Below, one piece after another: positions 18,424 through 27,910 of a stretch of DNA of 64,000 bases. The notes under the pieces are model-generated. The model was not told where the DNA came from. It saw only the letters and a list, made by a program, of their open reading frames with translations, and did not search any database. The DNA is from Desulfobacterales bacterium (GTDB lineage: Bacteria; Desulfobacterota; Desulfobacteria; Desulfobacterales; JAHDSC01). Within the stretch, counting starts at the first letter, position 1. Each line of letters opens with the position of its first letter. Made by a program: the position numbers and the translations under genes. The stretch covers positions 13,664-77,663 of the forward strand of contig JAFGES010000064.1 in the NCBI GenBank assembly GCA_016931455.1. The letters run 5' to 3'.

Positions 18424-18577
18424 TTCTGACTTGCTTCAATTCATATTTCAAAAAGCATTTAAATTAAAAATTATTACATAACAAAGTACTAAAAGCAAAT
18501 ACTTGACACAAAACCCAAATTTTATCTATACTTTTTCATTGTTGATCTTTTTGAATAAGCCGTTGTTTTAAGCCCTA

Positions 18578-19444
18578 GTGAAAGCTTATTTTATGGAAAC
18601 TTCGGTCAACCGGCAAATTGCCGGCAAATTACTCGAATTGGCCGGCCTGCTTGAACAACAAGAGGCGAATCCTTTTCGGGTAAATGCCTTCCGGCGCGCT
18701 GCGGATACGGTTTCTTCCCTTCAAACCAGTGTCAAAGAGATTATCGCAAAATCCGGAATCAATGGGTTGATTGAATTGCCCAATATCGGCGAGGGTATTG
18801 CGCGAGCGATTCATGAGATGATTACTACCGGCCGGTGGGTTCGGTTGGAACGCTTGCGGGGTACGTTGGAACCTCAAAAACTGTTTCAAACCATACCGGG
18901 CATTGGGCCGAATCTGGCCCAACGCATTCATGATACATTGTCCATAGAAAGTTTAGAGGCCTTAGAAACGGCAGCATATGATGGGCGGTTAAAACGCGTT
19001 CCGGGAATCGGCTTGTCGCGTTTGACGGCTATCCGGTCCGCTGTTTCAGAAATGTTGAGCCAACGTTTAAAAATCAATAGAAATCAACCCCGGGAGGAAC
19101 CGCCGGTAACATTTTTGCTCGAAGTGGATCAGACCTATATAGAAAAGGCGCAAAAAAAACAACTTCCAACCATTGCACCGAAACGTTTCAACCCGACCGC
19201 TGAGGCTTGGTTGCCTATTTTTCATACTCAGCAGGGTGCATGGCACTTTACGGCATTATATTCGAACACGGCCAGGGCACATGAATTGGGGCGTACACAT
19301 GACTGGGTGGTGATTTATTTTTATGACGATCACCACCGAGAGGGCCAGCGAACCGTGGTTACGGAAACACGCGGAGAACTGATCGGAAAGCGGGTCGTAC
19401 GAGGGCGTGAGGAAGAATGTAGAGCTTATTACCGGCGGGCTTAG
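18578..19444 (+). CDS. Helix-hairpin-helix DNA-binding protein resembling the N-terminal domains of Pol X/Pol beta
   Basis: NRQIAGKLLELAGLLE...NPFRVNAFRRAA, LPNIGEGIA and IPGIGPNLAQRI HhH motifs. The start may be ATG 18593. Confidence 0.55.
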   Translation: MKAYFMETSVNRQIAGKLLELAGLLEQQEANPFRVNAFRRAADTVSSLQTSVKEIIAKSGINGLIELPNIGEGIARAIHEMITTGRWVRLERLRGTLEPQKLFQTIPGIGPNLAQRIHDTLSIESLEALETAAYDGRLKRVPGIGLSRLTAIRSAVSEMLSQRLKINRNQPREEPPVTFLLEVDQTYIEKAQKKQLPTIAPKRFNPTAEAWLPIFHTQQGAWHFTALYSNTARAHELGRTHDWVVIYFYDDHHREGQRTVVTETRGELIGKRVVRGREEECRAYYRRA

Positions 19445-19491
19445 GAACGGAGATCAAATAAATTGCTCACAATTTATTTGATCTCCGTTCC
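19444..19491. terminator. Perfect 21-bp-stem hairpin between convergent genes (bidirectional terminator candidate)
   Basis: GGAACGGAGATCAAATAAATT-gctcac-AATTTATTTGATCTCCGTTCC. Confidence 0.7.
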
Positions 19492-19550
19492 TCAACTTTG
19501 ACAGCCTTGGACCGGCAATTTTTTTTCGGCTTTTCAATAACTCATAATAA

Positions 19551-19808
19551 TTAATCATAATAATAAATTAAATTGGCGCCTTTCTCCGTGAGTTTTAGAT
19601 TTAATGCGGGTGAATCTATATTTTCAATGATTCCTTTATAAATGAGTTCTTCAATGGCTTTTTCAAAAATCTTTTTTTCCTCCGGGTGCAGGCTTTTCAG
19701 GTACTGTTCTTTCAGCCAGAATGGGGGGAGAAAATAATCCTCGTCATCTGTTATCGATCTGAATTTGTCAAGAATATCTTTTTTAATGGTTTTTTTATCC
19801 TTATGCAT
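19551..19808 (-). CDS. Hypothetical 85-aa protein
   Basis: ORF with protein-like composition; no recognisable motif. Confidence 0.4.
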   Translation of the reverse strand: MHKDKKTIKKDILDKFRSITDDEDYFLPPFWLKEQYLKSLHPEEKKIFEKAIEELIYKGIIENIDSPALNLKLTEKGANLIYYYD

Positions 19809-20009
19809 AATTTTCCCCTTTCTTTTAGGCCAAGCTTATTTTATGTATTTACAGCTTGTTTTAATCAACTTTGTTATGTATTTCGGTTCGTTAATGAATT
19901 TACTGCAATAAAAGTGAAAAAGATTTTTTATCTTTTCAATCACGATTTATTTCTTCAAAATATCTTATGATTTAAAATTTACTATTTGTCCATAAGTAGA
20001 ATAATTCGT

Positions 20010-20095
20010 TTTCATAGGAAAAAAACACAATGTGTAGGAAATTGTCATAGGTTTTATGGGGGAAAAAAACAGAAAGATTTATCTATAGGCAAGTA
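20010..20095. repeat. Copy C (weaker) of the phased ATAGGAAA/GGGGAAA box array, upstream of rtcA
   Basis: Boxes CATAGGAAAAA (20013), GTAGGAAATT (20034), ATGGGGGAAAAA (20056) and TATAGGCAAG (20084); three of them are spaced ~21 bp apart. Confidence 0.4.
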
Positions 20096-20101
20096 ACGGA
20101 T

Positions 20102-21172
20102 ATGATCACAATCGACGGTAGCCAAAAATCGGGATCCGGTACAATTGTCAGGGACGCGGTGGCTTTTTCGGTTTTAATGGGAAAGAATCTTTGTCTGAAA
20201 AATATCCGCGCAAAAAGAGCCAAGCCGGGTTTGAGGGCTCAGCATTTGAAAGGTATTGAGGCCTCGGCCCAATTTTGTTCGGCTAGTTATAAGGGCTTAA
20301 GAATCGGATCAAAAGAAATCAGTTTTATGCCGGGACAATCGTTAAAAGGCGGCAATTTTATTTGGGATATCGGAACGGCCGGTTCAACGACCATGTTAGC
20401 CCTAAACGTAATTCCCTTAACGATTTTTGCTGATGAACCGACGATATTTAAGGTTTCAGGGGGACTTTTTCAGGATTTTGCTCCTTCGGTCTATCATCTC
20501 AAATATGTTTTATTGCCTATCCTCAGCAAGATGGGTATAGACTGTCGGCTTGAAATTATCCAACCGGGTTATGTGCCGAAAGGAAATGGAAAGATTGAAG
20601 TAAAAAGCTTTCCGATAAAAACGAAACTAAAGCCGATAAATCGGATTGATCAAGGGAAAATTATCGAGATAAAAGGTATTGCTTTGTCTTCCGAGTTAAA
20701 ATTCAGAAAAGTTTCAGAGCGAATGGCGCAACAATGTCTGAAAACATTAAACGCGAAAGGATATCACGTCGACATTGACGTTATCTATGATTCCAAGGAA
20801 AAACCTTATTATCAGGGGAGTCCAATCCAGGCGGGAGCGGCCCTGGCGGTTTGGGCCAGGACGGATACGGGCTGTTTAATCGGATCCGATATAGCGGGTG
20901 CGCTGGGCAGACCCGCTGAGTTTATTGGAGAAAAAGTCGCTGAAAATTTAATTGAAGATTTAAAAACCGGTGCGGCTGTCGATCGGCATTCAGCAGATCA
21001 ACTTATACCTTTTGCGGCGCTGGCTGAAGGTTCCAGCGTTTATTTGATCCCTAAAATGACCGAACATGTTGAGGCAAGGCTCTGGCTGGTTGAAAAGATA
21101 CTGGGAGCTAAAACAGAGGTGAAAAATAAGTTAATCAAAATTAGAGGAATTGGATACAGCCGTGTTAAATGA
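20102..21172 (+). CDS. rtcA: RNA 3'-terminal phosphate cyclase
   Basis: IDGSQKSGSGTIVR...IRAKRAKPGLRAQHL near the N-terminus and ADQLIPFAAL near the C-terminus match RtcA. No rtcB or rtcR is adjacent. Confidence 0.85.
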   Translation: MITIDGSQKSGSGTIVRDAVAFSVLMGKNLCLKNIRAKRAKPGLRAQHLKGIEASAQFCSASYKGLRIGSKEISFMPGQSLKGGNFIWDIGTAGSTTMLALNVIPLTIFADEPTIFKVSGGLFQDFAPSVYHLKYVLLPILSKMGIDCRLEIIQPGYVPKGNGKIEVKSFPIKTKLKPINRIDQGKIIEIKGIALSSELKFRKVSERMAQQCLKTLNAKGYHVDIDVIYDSKEKPYYQGSPIQAGAALAVWARTDTGCLIGSDIAGALGRPAEFIGEKVAENLIEDLKTGAAVDRHSADQLIPFAALAEGSSVYLIPKMTEHVEARLWLVEKILGAKTEVKNKLIKIRGIGYSRVK

Positions 21173-21181
21173 AAACGGACT

Positions 21182-22411
21182 TTACGTCTCTCTGACAATA
21201 TATTCTTTTATTCGGTTACCTTCCATTTCTTTTACGATCACTGCAAAGTTGCCGATAAAAATTTCTTCTTTTTCCTCAGGAATTCTTTCAATTTTATGAA
21301 GTACATATCCGGAAAATGTATCATAGTCCTTTGACTCAGGGATATTCATTCCTATTTTTTCATTGACTTCATCAATATCGGATTTGCCGAGCACCAACCA
21401 TTCCTTGTTCTTTAATTTTACAATGTGCGGTTCGATTTTGTCTGTTTCATCACTTATTTCTCCGACTAATTCTTCAAGAACATCTTCCAGTGTTATCAAT
21501 CCGGCAACACCGCCATGTTCATCGACAACAATGGCCATATGGTGTTTCCTCTTTTTGAATTGCTGAAGTAATTTGTCTAATTTTGTGTTTTCAGGAATGA
21601 AATAGGGCTTGACCATTATTTTTTGGATATTCGGCGCCTCTTTCGATTTCACCTGATGCCTAAATAGATCCTTGATATTAATAATGCCGATAACATTATC
21701 AAGATTGCCTTCGATAATAGGTATTCTAGTAAAACCGGACTCGATAAGGGTGTTAAACTCTAGTTTTTGATCTGCACCCACTGTAAACATATCTGCTCTA
21801 GGCGTCATGATCTCTGAAGCATTGGTATCGTCAAATTCAAATATATTATAGATCAATTTTTTTTCTTGGGCCTTAATTTCGCCTTCTTCTTCAACAACTT
21901 CAACCATTGTCATCAGCTCTTCTTCGGTTAGACTGGGAGTTTTTTTTATTTTAGATGCCATTTTGGGAATAAAATTGAGAATGACGATAATCGGATAAAA
22001 TAACAAAGATAACCAATATATTGGAAATATTACAAGCTTGGCAATCAGGATATTGTTTCGAGTGGCAATTGATTTTGGAAATACTTCACCAAAAACCAAT
22101 ATCAAAAATGTCATGATTCCTGTCGAAAGTCCAATCGAAAGTCCAACGGCATTAATTGCAACCATTTTGATTGTAATCGAGGTTGCCAATGCAGAGGCTC
22201 CTACATTGACTAGATTATTGCCGATTAGAATTGTAGAAAGAAGGCGGTGTGGATCGTCTTTCATTTTTTTGATCAGTAGATCTGATTTTTTTTTATTCTT
22301 TGCCATGTGTATAGCTCTTGTTCGACTTATGGAAAATAAAGCTGTTTCGGCTGAAGAAAAAAACGCGGAAAGAAAAAGTAAGACGATCAATACAATAATC
22401 TCATTTGACAT
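21182..22411 (-). CDS. CNNM/DUF21-CBS-CorC_HlyC family membrane protein (hemolysin/TlyC-like, Mg/Co efflux type)
   Basis: N-terminal multi-TM DUF21, a tandem CBS region and a C-terminal transporter-associated domain. Confidence 0.85.
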   Translation of the reverse strand: MSNEIIVLIVLLFLSAFFSSAETALFSISRTRAIHMAKNKKKSDLLIKKMKDDPHRLLSTILIGNNLVNVGASALATSITIKMVAINAVGLSIGLSTGIMTFLILVFGEVFPKSIATRNNILIAKLVIFPIYWLSLLFYPIIVILNFIPKMASKIKKTPSLTEEELMTMVEVVEEEGEIKAQEKKLIYNIFEFDDTNASEIMTPRADMFTVGADQKLEFNTLIESGFTRIPIIEGNLDNVIGIINIKDLFRHQVKSKEAPNIQKIMVKPYFIPENTKLDKLLQQFKKRKHHMAIVVDEHGGVAGLITLEDVLEELVGEISDETDKIEPHIVKLKNKEWLVLGKSDIDEVNEKIGMNIPESKDYDTFSGYVLHKIERIPEEKEEIFIGNFAVIVKEMEGNRIKEYIVRET

Positions 22412-22852
22412 AAAGATAGAATCCTTTTTTCAGTTTACATTTTCGGTATGAAGTCAAACTTTCACGGTATGGCGCATTGCTGCGTATCTGATCTGTAATT
22501 GCAATCATTTAGGTGAATTAAGGATCAATAAGGTAAAAAGAAAAGGCAAGTTCGTGTTTGATATCGAATTTAGATTAAGGGGTCTTAAAGGTGTGGGTAA
22601 ACGCAATCTATATGTCAATATGGATTAATTGGTTGATGGCATTAACGCCGTTAAAAAAAATAGCCCGCTCACTTTGAACTGTCTGAATTTAAATAAATTT
22701 ATGAATCTAAATAGAATTAATACATGAGAGGATTAAAATGGTCAAGAAAAAAATTACGGCAAGGACATACCTAAAGAATAAATAGGGCAGGGGGGTAACC
22801 TTATCTTTTTATATGATTTTTTGGGGTTGAAGGCAAAAACGGATAATATTCT

Positions 22853-23140
22853 CTATCCGTAGTTATAGATGGTATACTCGGTTTTTTGTCCCAATAAGGT
22901 ATCTATCTTCATTTGAATTTTTTCTCTGTCCTTGTTTAGTGCCCAATTTTTCCAGTCATCGGCAGACTGCCAGGTTCCAATAACGACATGGTCTGTGGGA
23001 TTTTCAAGACCTCTTAGAGTTTCCCCGGAAATATAACCGGGTTGTTCAATCGCGTGTTCGCGTAATTCCCTGAGCAATGGCATTAAAATTGGGTCTGCAT
23101 TTTTAGGCACAATACGCCTTATAATAATTTTTACAGTCAC
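22853..23140 (-). CDS. ABM (antibiotic biosynthesis monooxygenase-like) domain protein
   Basis: 95 aa with a ferredoxin-like dimeric alpha-beta-barrel pattern (...VVIGTWQSADDWKNW...). Confidence 0.65.
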   Translation of the reverse strand: MTVKIIIRRIVPKNADPILMPLLRELREHAIEQPGYISGETLRGLENPTDHVVIGTWQSADDWKNWALNKDREKIQMKIDTLLGQKTEYTIYNYG

Positions 23141-23201
23141 TTAGATCTCCCTCAGGTTTATCTGATTGCTGTTTTTGATGCTCGGCTATAGTTGCCGGCA
23201 A

Positions 23202-23549
23202 TCAGTTTAAATGAGAAATTGACTGCTGATTAACGGAAGAGCCGTTCTTTCGAGATAAGACTCGACTTACCGTTTGTTTGAGCCTATCAATGGAGTCATT
23301 GCTTTCGTTTACATAGAGAACCGCCGGCAATTTTGGATATTTTCTTTTAATGTCCCTGAAAGTATCCCAGCTCTCAAATCCATTTAGATAAAGATCCATA
23401 ATTACCAGATCAAATCGCAGATCTTTGAGAACATCCCACACCATTTCAGCACTACTTACGCTGACAATTCGGTGACCTTCCAAGCCTAAATCCAGAAAAA
23501 GAAGTTCCTGTATTTCCTGTTGATCATCAAGAATTAAGATGTTTGCCAT
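23202..23549 (-). CDS. Stand-alone CheY-like receiver domain
   Basis: ILILDD...DLVIMDLYL, with the phospho-acceptor Asp context. Confidence 0.8.
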   Translation of the reverse strand: MANILILDDQQEIQELLFLDLGLEGHRIVSVSSAEMVWDVLKDLRFDLVIMDLYLNGFESWDTFRDIKRKYPKLPAVLYVNESNDSIDRLKQTVSRVLSRKNGSSVNQQSISHLN

Positions 23550-23665
23550 GGCTTTTTCCTATTTGCGGGGTTCTATGTTGGATTAAAATATTGGTAGATC
23601 TCTACTTTAATATCAAAGAAGATATCTTAGCATGAAGATAATATCACAGATTTTAGATGTCTTGT

Positions 23666-23745
23666 CTATAAGGGAAATGTTTCATTTTGATAGGGGAATT
23701 TCCCGGGTAGTGGGAAATTGCCTTGTTCAGGGCGGGAAATTAAAT
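23666..23745. repeat. Copy B of the interspersed element: four GGGAAAT boxes phased ~19-21 bp apart
   Basis: ATAAGGGAAAT (23668), GATAGGGGAATTTCCC (23689), GTAGTGGGAAATT (23707) and CAGGGCGGGAAATT (23728). It shares GGGAA..TTT.ATTTTGATAGGG.GAAT..CC with copy A. Confidence 0.6.
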
Positions 23746-23812
23746 CATAATTTTACAGTTGACTTTGATTCGTATCCTTTTAAATTTTGAAGACTTATGA
23801 TCAAGACAAAGG

Positions 23813-23995
23813 TCAATGTTTTTTGGATGCATAACCATCTGCAAACCAACCCCCACCTTTTAATTCAAAAGTACAAGCGGAAATAATCTTTTTGGCCTTT
23901 TGACGGCATATTGGACATTCGATTTCTTTTGTATCCATTTTAACGAGTTTTTCGGTTACTTCCCCATTCGGACATTCAAATTCATAAACCGGCAT
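23813..23995 (-). CDS. FmdB-family zinc-ribbon protein
   Basis: MPVYEFEC...CPIC pattern typical of the family. Confidence 0.75.
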   Translation of the reverse strand: MPVYEFECPNGEVTEKLVKMDTKEIECPICRQKAKKIISACTFELKGGGWFADGYASKKH

Positions 23996-24174
23996 GATAC
24001 TTTTTTTCCTTTTTTTAAAAGCAGGTTAAATCTGCGGATTTCTCTATGTTCTAAATCTTTACTATTTATTAATTCAGTTTACAATTTCCTGTAGTATATA
24101 CTTATTATTTTTAATGTCAAGGCCTTGCCGTTAAAAATAAATTAAATCCGATCAAACGCACTTCCTCTCTTACA

Positions 24175-24471
24175 TCATTGGGTGGGTAGATAATCTTCTC
24201 TGACGGGTGAGAAGGTTTCTATCGCAACCGAATTTTCAATAGCTATCGCACTATGATCAACATTGCCGGGTATACACCAACTGTCGCCGGGTTCAACACG
24301 GTATTTTTCCTCTCCGATATTCAGATCTATTCGCCCGGAAACCAAATAACCCGTTTGTTCATGATAATGTTTATGGTTAGGTAAAATAGCACCTTTTCCA
24401 AGTTTGAATTCCGTAAGCAGTGTTTTTTCACCATAAACGAGCGTTTTTCGTTTTATGTTATCCAGAACTGA
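24175..24471 (-). CDS. Cupin-domain protein (98 codons) with no ATG/GTG/TTG start; possibly CTG-initiated or N-terminally decayed
   Basis: Not in the ORF track. Translation: SVLDNIKRKTLVYGEKTLLTEFKLGKGAILPNHKHYHEQTGYLVSGRIDLNIGEEKYRVEPGDSWCIPGNVDHSAIAIENSVAIETFSP (cupin motifs H.H.E...G and P....H). The frame opens directly after a TAA. CTG at 24465 has AAGGA 13 nt upstream. Confidence 0.5.
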   Translation of the reverse strand, partial: SVLDNIKRKTLVYGEKTLLTEFKLGKGAILPNHKHYHEQTGYLVSGRIDLNIGEEKYRVEPGDSWCIPGNVDHSAIAIENSVAIETFSPVREDYLPTQ

Positions 24472-24555
24472 TTAATTGTCCTTAAGGGTTATTTTGACAA
24501 AAGCGGCGTTTTCTGACAAAATTAATTCAGTAATTGATAATCAAAATAGATAAGG

Positions 24556-25398
24556 ATGAAAGATTTTATGTTCAAAAAAATCGTTTCAGGCGGACAAACC
24601 GTGGCTGAACGGGCAGCGCTGGACACTGCAATGAAACTGGGCATTTTGTATGGCGGCTGGATTTTAAAAGGACGGATGACATCGGAAGGCAGACTCCCAT
24701 ACAAATATAAACTAAAGGAAATGCCCGAAAGCAGTTACATCAAGTGTATCGAGAGGAATGTGATTGACTCTGATGGCACTTTGATAATTTCCTATGGAAA
24801 GCTCAACGATCGCACTTATGACGCGCGTAAAATGGCTGTAAAAAATAATCGCCCCCGGCTTCATATTGATCTGAATCAAATGGGCGCCTTTGAAGCGGCC
24901 TCCATTATCAATACTTGGCTTGAGAAATATGCCGTAAAAATCATTCATGTTGTCGGCTCTCAAGCTGACAAAGAGTCTAATATTTATGACAATACGATAA
25001 AAATCCTTGAGGCGGTTTTTTATTTACGTATTATTAAAGCTACTATGGGGCATTTGATCGACACTCAAGTTATAGAAACCGACTCTCAGGCGCCGCAAGA
25101 TCCATTGCCGCCCGGAACGGTTGAGGAAGCGGTTAACCGCTTAATCTCCGAATTGTCACTAAAGGACAAGATCGCTATTGCCGGGATGAGCGCATGGGAA
25201 CTCGGCTATATTCATCCATCTTTGGGAGGATATATCAAAAAAAACTTTGAACTCGATAGCGGAAATCAGATCTTGATATCATCTTGCCGTTTTTTATGTA
25301 GTAAAAATGAACTCAATAGTGATGAAGCCTCGCGTTTAATTATAAAGGCATTATGGAAAAAATTAATTAAAACCCATCGAATCAGAGTTGTGAAATAA
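24556..25398 (+). CDS. YpsA/'molybdenum-carrier' (SLOG superfamily, PF12694-like) domain protein with an uncharacterised ~150-aa C-terminal extension
   Basis: KIVSGGQTVAERAALDTAMKLGILYGGW..KGR...G.LP.KY.L.E.....Y...IERNVIDSDGTLII matches the family signature. The start may be ATG 24568. Confidence 0.7.
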   Translation: MKDFMFKKIVSGGQTVAERAALDTAMKLGILYGGWILKGRMTSEGRLPYKYKLKEMPESSYIKCIERNVIDSDGTLIISYGKLNDRTYDARKMAVKNNRPRLHIDLNQMGAFEAASIINTWLEKYAVKIIHVVGSQADKESNIYDNTIKILEAVFYLRIIKATMGHLIDTQVIETDSQAPQDPLPPGTVEEAVNRLISELSLKDKIAIAGMSAWELGYIHPSLGGYIKKNFELDSGNQILISSCRFLCSKNELNSDEASRLIIKALWKKLIKTHRIRVVK

Positions 25399-25402
25399 AT
25401 TA

Positions 25403-25912
25403 TTATCCCCAATATTCCTTGATCAAGACCTCTGCAATCTCCTTGCGATGAGATAGTTTATCGGGTTCGGCCGGGTATCCCAAGGCAACCACTGCCATCA
25501 ATTCCATTTGCTCGGGATAATCTAATAATATTCTGATTTTTTTACTATTTTTCAAAATTTCACCGAGCCAAACCGCCCCAAGTCCGAAGCTGTGAGCTGT
25601 AAGCAGCATGTTTTGGATACATGCGCCTATTGCCTGGTGATCCTTCAATTCATCATACATGGAATCTTTATCGGCAAGTACAACGATGCAAGCAGCGGCA
25701 TTTTCAATAATATGCCGATATTTTGTAAATTGTGCAAGCTTATGGTGAAGGGTTTTTTCATTTATAATGATAAAACGCCAAGGTTGATTGTTGAGACCCG
25801 ACGGCGCCCATGTGCCGGCTTTTATGATTTCGATCAACTGTTCCCGTTCGACGGGCTGTTCCGTGTATCGGCGAATACTTCTGCGAGTATATATTCCCTG
25901 CAGCAAATCCAT
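25403..25912 (-). CDS. Nitroreductase-family protein
   Basis: TRRSIRRYTEQPV...APSGLNNQPWRFIII signature. Confidence 0.85.
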   Translation of the reverse strand: MDLLQGIYTRRSIRRYTEQPVEREQLIEIIKAGTWAPSGLNNQPWRFIIINEKTLHHKLAQFTKYRHIIENAAACIVVLADKDSMYDELKDHQAIGACIQNMLLTAHSFGLGAVWLGEILKNSKKIRILLDYPEQMELMAVVALGYPAEPDKLSHRKEIAEVLIKEYWG

Positions 25913-26103
25913 TGTTATGCAATATCCTCCTGTTTCTATTGAGATTCGGTTTTAAGTGTATCTTTTCAATAAAGCATTGAGATTGATTTTGCAAATCCGT
26001 TTAAAGATATTTTTTAAACTATCGATTTAAAAACACTATGCACTTTTAAAACATCATGCTATAGGCTTATGAGTTGGGTGTTGAATATATTCGTTGGGAG
26101 ATA

Positions 26104-27885
26104 ATGATGAGAAAAATCCTTATATCAATAATGGCGTTGATGGTGCTGGTTGTCGCAGGATGCTCAAAAGATAAAAGTGAGGAGACTCTAGAAAATAAAC
26201 ACGCCTTGTCGATGAAGATTGATGAAAAGAGTCAAGATATCACTTTGTCTTTTCTGCCGGAACATACGGAATTTATGCTGAAAATAGGTTCGCTCGCAAA
26301 TGTTTGCACATATTTTCATTTGTCCGAGGCTTCCGAATCAACGGTTCCGTTGGATCAGCAGAATAAGCTGAAAGAGCAGATAGGATTTAATCCCTTTAAC
26401 TTGGAGGAAGTAAAGTCGAATGGATTTGATCCTGATAAAGAATTCGGCTTTGCCGTGGCTGATATCACAGTCGATGCAGACGATAATGAATTGGATTTTA
26501 ATCTGTTGGTGTTTATTCCGGTAATTGATGGTGAGAAAGCGGTCACAACGATACAAGATGCAATACAAAAAAAATCCCCGAATTTAAAAATTAAAAAAGA
26601 CGGTAAGCTGACGATTTTTGAAAACGGTGAGGCTCCGCAAACACTCTATCTGACGCTGAAAGATAAATATCTTCTAATGGCGGTAAACGCCGAAAGTGAT
26701 ATCAATGTGAAACCTTTTTTGGAAACCGCTTTAACCGGAGACCATACTTTAGGAAATGTTAAATATTACCAGGAAGTCATATCGAAGATCGAGCCCGGAG
26801 AAGAAATTTTTGCTTACCTTAACTTAAAAAGCATTGTTGAAAGAAATCTGGAATCCATAAAAAAAATGATGCAAGCCAATCTATCCGGTAAGGGTGCAAC
26901 TGATTTAGGGGCAAATTTAAGCTACCTGGTGGATTGTGAGGGTGCAGGGTTATCCGTTGATCTGGAAGGTATTGATTTTGTAATGAAAACCGTCGCCAAT
27001 TTTATTCCGGAAGCAAAATCCTTAAAAGCATTTAAAGACATCCGCGTTGATAGGAATATAATCCTGGGACTTAAGGAAAATCCGGTTTTTTTATTGTCTT
27101 TTGCAGTAAGCCTGCAACAATATTATAAAATGATCATGGAAAACTTATCTGAGACCGAAGCTGATAATTTGAAAACCTGGTTGGAAATGGTGAAATTAAA
27201 TTTCGACATTAATTTCGAACAAGAGATTATCAACAATATTGCCGGAAATTTCAACATGGCTGTTTATGATGGTGCCGGCATTAACTTAATGAACTACAAC
27301 ACCCTATTGACGCTAAATATTCAAGATGAATCAAGCATTAAAAACGTTATCGAAAAACTGATTGTCAAATTGCCGCCGGAGCAGCAAGCCATGCTGAACA
27401 AAGAAAAAATCGGTGATATCGATACTTATATCCTAATGGCAGGGCCGACTCAAATTTTTATGGGGTTGAAAGATAGAAATCTTATTTTTGCAGTTGGAAG
27501 ATCCATGTTTGAAAAAGCGATCAACGGCAACGTATCGTCCGGCTTTACTTTAAGTATGACCGACAAAGAACTTGTTGAAAAGATCAATAGCAGTAGTACT
27601 CTGTTTTACCTTAATATCGATGAAGCTTTTAAAATTTTCAAGAACTTCGAAATGATGGTAAAAGGATTCACCGGCGGCAAGGGAATTGACGGCAAAATTC
27701 AAGAAGCTCTAAATCAATTTGTGTACCTGATCATATCCGGCAAAATTGAGAACGAATCCATTCTAAGCGATTTTGTGATTAAAACAAAATTCACGGAACC
27801 TTTCTTTACAGGGGTAGAAAAACTTTTTACCCAACTTAAACAGCGACATCCATCTGAATCCGTTGGTGCGCCGCAAAGTCTTTGA
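26104..27885 (+). CDS. Large lipoprotein of unknown function
   Basis: Preferred start is ATGATG at 26104 (GGGAG RBS). Signal peptide with lipobox LVVAGC. Confidence 0.7.
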   Translation: MMRKILISIMALMVLVVAGCSKDKSEETLENKHALSMKIDEKSQDITLSFLPEHTEFMLKIGSLANVCTYFHLSEASESTVPLDQQNKLKEQIGFNPFNLEEVKSNGFDPDKEFGFAVADITVDADDNELDFNLLVFIPVIDGEKAVTTIQDAIQKKSPNLKIKKDGKLTIFENGEAPQTLYLTLKDKYLLMAVNAESDINVKPFLETALTGDHTLGNVKYYQEVISKIEPGEEIFAYLNLKSIVERNLESIKKMMQANLSGKGATDLGANLSYLVDCEGAGLSVDLEGIDFVMKTVANFIPEAKSLKAFKDIRVDRNIILGLKENPVFLLSFAVSLQQYYKMIMENLSETEADNLKTWLEMVKLNFDINFEQEIINNIAGNFNMAVYDGAGINLMNYNTLLTLNIQDESSIKNVIEKLIVKLPPEQQAMLNKEKIGDIDTYILMAGPTQIFMGLKDRNLIFAVGRSMFEKAINGNVSSGFTLSMTDKELVEKINSSSTLFYLNIDEAFKIFKNFEMMVKGFTGGKGIDGKIQEALNQFVYLIISGKIENESILSDFVIKTKFTEPFFTGVEKLFTQLKQRHPSESVGAPQSL

Positions 27886-27910
27886 ATTGATTGAGGCCTT
27901 CAATAGATTT

